DNA of 64,000 nt from Chrysemys picta bellii. Taxonomy: Eukaryota. The notes below the pieces were generated by a model. It ran no database searches and was not told where the DNA came from. It saw nothing but the letters and a program-made list of their open reading frames with translations. Positions 59,664 through 64,000 of the stretch are shown here, piece by piece (position 1 is the stretch's first letter; each line of letters begins with the position of its first letter). The translations under genes were made by a program, and so were the position numbers. Where the stretch lies: the NCBI RefSeq assembly GCF_011386835.1, contig NC_088792.1, forward strand, positions 20,150,001 through 20,214,000, written 5' to 3'.

Positions 59664-60712
59664 CTAGAAAACAAAGATTAATGTTGTGACCTTTAAGATA
59701 TAAAAATATAAATAACAAAATTGAAAAATATTTAGCTTTTTAAAAAAATGAATGAATATAATATGCCTACGTTTTACATACCTTCCAAAGTAAACAAAAT
59801 CCTTCATTTATATGTTATTACATCATCACTACAACAGCATTCAAAAATGGAAAGAGCATATTTAAAGGAATAATTGCACTATAAATGGCATAGCTAAACT
59901 CTAAAGAAAACATGAAAGTGGAAATAACTCCAAAAATCTGTGCAGAAAGTCCCAACTGTCTAGGCTGTTTGGGAAGGGGAATTCAGCACCTTTTTCTCTC
60001 CGAAAATCTACATGGCATATGGTAAGATTTTTTGTGGGCATCGCAAAATAGATCATGCTGTAACAGCACAAACACTAGCAGTCGCATTACAATCAAAGGA
60101 ACTTGTGATGTCATGAAACTACCTATTCCGATATGTCCTTCACAAAAAAGTCTAAAAGTTGCTAAAATATGAGGTGTTTTTTTTATTTAGTCTGTCTATG
60201 TTAATGGCAACAGTCATATACTTCTGGGGCTTAATTTTCATTTTTTCCTTTGCAGTTCACAATTAAGAAAAGATTGCTTCACACTTAACAGAAGCTCAGA
60301 TACCATATATATTTAATTTTGTTTAAAAAGGTACTAGATAACAGAAAAACTATGCAAACTGTCAATAATACCAAAATGTGTACGGAAACAGCAGATACTT
60401 TTCTAACATTAATAAATAATCAACTTCAAAAAGCCACAGAAAGATACTGTAGTCTCCATGAACTACTAATCTACAAATTTCATAAAAGTCTTTCAAAACA
60501 TGAAATATTCATCGAGAGGAATCTAAAAGTTATTCTGAAACAATCAAAACTGGTTTATTGGACTATTTCACTACATAAAATCTCAATGTACTGATAAAAA
60601 AAGACTACAATAAATTGTATTTAAAGATGGCAAATTAAAATGATAAACTATCCCGTTCCCCCAGCTTTCTTGTTTAGTTCTTTAGCATCTGAAAAAACCT
60701 GATGACGTGTCC

Positions 60713-60714
60713 AA

Positions 60715-60745
<31 letters not shown>
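60713..60745. repeat. (AAAT)n microsatellite
   Basis: Seen directly. Confidence 0.92.
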
Positions 60746-61132
60746 AAAGGAAGGTCAGGAAGCCCGCTTTCATTTTTGTTTAATACATTTTCACTTTTGG
60801 AGTTTCACTGACTTCAGTCTTCCCATACAATAGTAGACAAATTCCTTCTGTGATGGCACCAGCCATCTTAGTCAATGTAGGACAGTTTATGAGGGCCAGC
60901 AACCATCACAGTTCCCACGAGCCAAAAGCAAACATCCCTTGTTACAAGAGATGCCACTACTCAGGACTGGTACTTTATTTGGTGTCAGGATTGATCAGCA
61001 GGCAGTGCAGACCTGCCCATAGGAGACGGTTATGTGGGCCCATCACTTGTAGTTTTTGAACATATCAACAGATAATGAATTAAATTAATGAATTTTGTCC
61101 TCCCAAATTCCCGGTTATGTACAAAACCACAA

Positions 61133-61268
61133 TTACCCCATTTTACAGATGGGAAACTGAAACAGAGGAATTAAGTAATGGTTTCACGGATGCATGGGAC
61201 GCTTGTGCCTGAACCTAAATCTCCTGAGCCCCAGTTTGGTGTCTTAAGCACAGAACCATCCTTTCTTC
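61133..61268 (-). mobile_element. MIR-like SINE fragment
   Basis: cccattttacagatgggaaactgaaacagagg is a CORE hallmark. Confidence 0.7.
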
Positions 61269-62048
61269 TAGAAGCAAATCCTTTTCAGATGTCCTCCTGC
61301 ACAAAGTCTTTACTACAGTAAACTTTACTATAAACACTTTTTAAAAAAATCTCTGAGATTGTACAGAATGCAGGGGGAAGAGGGAACACAAGAATTCTAG
61401 TGGAAGGGAAATTAAAAGCACAGCCAGTATTAGATTTTTCCCTTTCAAATCAAACAGAAAAACACAGAAAATCTCTTACACAAGATCCCCATTAATATCA
61501 ATGGTAGTCTTTGTATAAGGGCTGCATAACTGGGCCCAGTTGTGAAACACAGCAACACCAGCTAAAATTTGACATAGACAGACAAATAGGTTAAAACGAA
61601 AGCTTAAGTGAAATTTGCATTAGTTATATTTGGTTGTTCTACTGCTACAAAGGAAGGAAAAATATCTATTTTAAAAGTTGCATAGTATCTTCAAAGGCCA
61701 AATGATTAAAAAGACCTGCTTGCACATGCATTGTCGTGTATGCATGTGCAATTGAAAGCCAGGTATTGGCACAAGCAGAAAGCCAAGGAGACACCTAGTA
61801 ATCTAAACACACGTGTGTCTATTTACTCAATCAACAGTTAAGCGCGCACAAAAACTTGCCCTAAGGTCTAATTTACCGTTGCAAATAAAAACAATTGAGA
61901 ATTTAGCACGGTCATTCCATTTTTCAGACTGTCTGATAATGCGTAGGCAATGCTATGTGGTATGCACTGCTCTGCTCACCAACAGAAAGGTTGTCAGACA
62001 CCGTAGGCCCCTTCTGATCCCATCTTGAAAGGAGAGGATGGAGTAGGA

Positions 62049-62375
62049 CAGTGGTCCTCAACCAGGGGTACCTGTACCCCTGGGGGTAGGCAGAGGTCTT
62101 CCAGGGGGTACATCAACTCATCTAGATCAGTGTTTCTCAATCTCAGGGGACTGCGACCCTCCTGAGGGTTGCGGGACAGGTTTAAATGGGTGGCAAGTGC
62201 AGGGCTGGCATTAGGCAATGGCAGGCAGCGCAACTGCCTGTGGCCCCACACCACAGGGGGCCCCACGAAGCTAAGTTACATGCTTCAGCCCAAGACGGCA
62301 GGGCTCGGACTTCAGCCCCACGCAGCGGGGCTCGGGCTTCAGGGATACGTAGTCTGGAAAGACCGAGAACCACTG
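62049..62375. mobile_element. Composite hAT (Charlie-type) MITE
   Basis: CAGTGGTCCTCAACC...GAGAACCACTG; TSD GAGTAGGA/GGGTAGGA; second internal 5' TIR CAGTGTTTCTCAA at 62128. Confidence 0.78.
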
Positions 62376-62876
62376 GGGTAGGATTTATCATACAGAAAAA
62401 AATATTACATTTGTTACTCAATCCCTTCCCATTTGTTTCTCTTATACACCCGTTATGTCATATCTTTTAAACTGTAAGCTCCTTGGGGCAGCGACTGTTA
62501 TGTGGTCTATGTTTGTACATCACTTCACACCAACAGGTCCTGACCTCACGGAGGCCTCTAGAGGCTATAATATAAACATTAAATAATAATAAGCACACAC
62601 AGAGAGGATAGCTTTGGAAGGATCCCCAGTATGCAAGGAGATCTGTACATTGATTCCCAAAATCCAAAAGGTCCCATAGTCTGCAGGACACACAGCAAAC
62701 ACAGGTTATACTTCAAGATGTGGGGCAAAACTCTCAGAAGTGCCTAAGTGACCTAGGAGCCCTTGTCCCATTTTCAAAATTGACTTAGGCACACGGGAGC
62801 TTTCAATGTGATTTCGGTTCCTGAGTGACTCAGTCAGTCATTTCTGAATATGGGATGTGTGCTCATATGTCACTTG

Positions 62877-63416
62877 GGGTATGTCTACACTGCAGTGCAA
62901 GCCCAGGGTTCAAACTCAGGCTCAAGCCTAAGCACCCATCTGTCTACACATAAATTGTGCCAACCCAAAGGTGAGACCCAGGGTCCCAGGACCCCACCGG
63001 GGTGGAGGGTTCAAGCCTGAGTCAAACCGGGATCCAGGGTTCAAGCCCTATCACTTTGTAGTTTTGATGCAGCTCCACCGGACTTGTACTCTGGAAGACT
63101 GCCAAAAGTATCCCACGATCCCATGGGCTGACTTTCTTTGTGCTCTGGATAGTCAAGTTTGGTGGACAGTCAAGTTTTCCCACACTGCACCCATGAGCAA
63201 AAGGCTAGAGCGGCCACATTTTGGGAGGGGACTAGGAAGTCTGAGATACGGATGATTGAACTCAGTCCTGTATAATGCAGTGTAATGCCTCTGGAGCCCT
63301 AGTTTTGGAACAAGAATTACAAATAAGTGTAGCCGCTAAGGCCCTAGGTAACAAATCCAGGTCTGCTTACTTGAGTTCTACTAACCCTGGGCTTACACGG
63401 AAGTGCAGACATATCC
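62877..63416. mobile_element. PIF/Harbinger-type MITE nested in an older repeat (62720-63440)
   Basis: GGGTATGTCTACACTG...GTGCAGACATATCC with TTG/TTA flanks. Confidence 0.78.
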
Positions 63417-64000
63417 TTAGGCACTTTTGAAAGTTTAACCCATGATCTAACTGTTGCACATTCAAGTACAATTATCTGAATAAAATGCACTGTCTATAAG
63501 AGTCAAATAAATTCACCAGCATCCTGCCTTTCCCCACTCCCATCCTTTCAACATGCATTCACTGAAATCTAGTAGTGTGTTTATTTCAATGCGTGATCAC
63601 TTATTTCATATTCTTTTCTAGAATAAATAAATTAACCATAATTATTTTACACCAAAATTATGTGGATTGCTCTGGAGATAGAATGTATAAGTTAGGACTT
63701 TCGCAACTGTACCTTGGCTGTACTGCATAGCAATTAAACATTACTCAGTAGTACCAAACACTGCAAACGAACAATAGGAATCAAATTGCAGCTGTTTGAG
63801 AGAACCATCAACTTTAACACTTTCTGAGTATAGAACATGGTAATTTATTGCACTGAATAAAAGTACTGAAGGACACAAAGTTCGGTTTAATAAACAGGGT
63901 AACTAGCTTGAAGACTGTGAATCACTTTGTGCTCCTGCCAACACTGAAAGTGCCTAATAGGAATCTTGGTATCAAATGCTGGAGTAAATCCTGATTTTTG

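Noticed and set aside
59700-64000. Next upstream PAXIP1 exon (ending ...NRPSNVAH)
   Set aside because: Not found by reading; presumably beyond the window.

Overview
Eukaryotic (sauropsid, most likely turtle, judged from its repeat families) genomic DNA. It carries the 3' 15 coding exons of PAXIP1 (PTIP) on the minus strand, from the polyQ exon (58931-59663) to the stop at 12427. The exons splice in frame to 713 aa plus stop, covering the polyQ linker and the four C-terminal BRCT repeats; the 5' exons appear to lie beyond the window. Fourteen introns were traced by hand. Thirteen are GT-AG, and the last (12443-13228) is a minor-spliceosome AT-AC intron with a canonical ATATCCTT donor and TTCCCTTAAC branch site. 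The rest is a dense retroelement/transposon landscape. It includes six minus-strand DIRS1-like tyrosine-recombinase retrotransposon copies (five intronic and sense to PAXIP1, one of them a ~580-bp ORF-less mini-DIRS keeping both ITRs and the ICR) and one plus-strand DIRS 5' fragment. It also includes several CR1 LINEs, an Ingi/Vingi-type LINE, three solo LTRs with 5-bp TSDs, hAT, PIF/Harbinger and Tc/mariner MITEs, a palindromic hAT-transposase derivative, MIR-like SINEs and a Penelope fragment carrying a minimal hammerhead ribozyme motif on the PAXIP1 sense strand. Nearly all other listed ORFs are TE-derived or shadow ORFs. Repeat family names come from recognition of sequence and structure, not from a database search.
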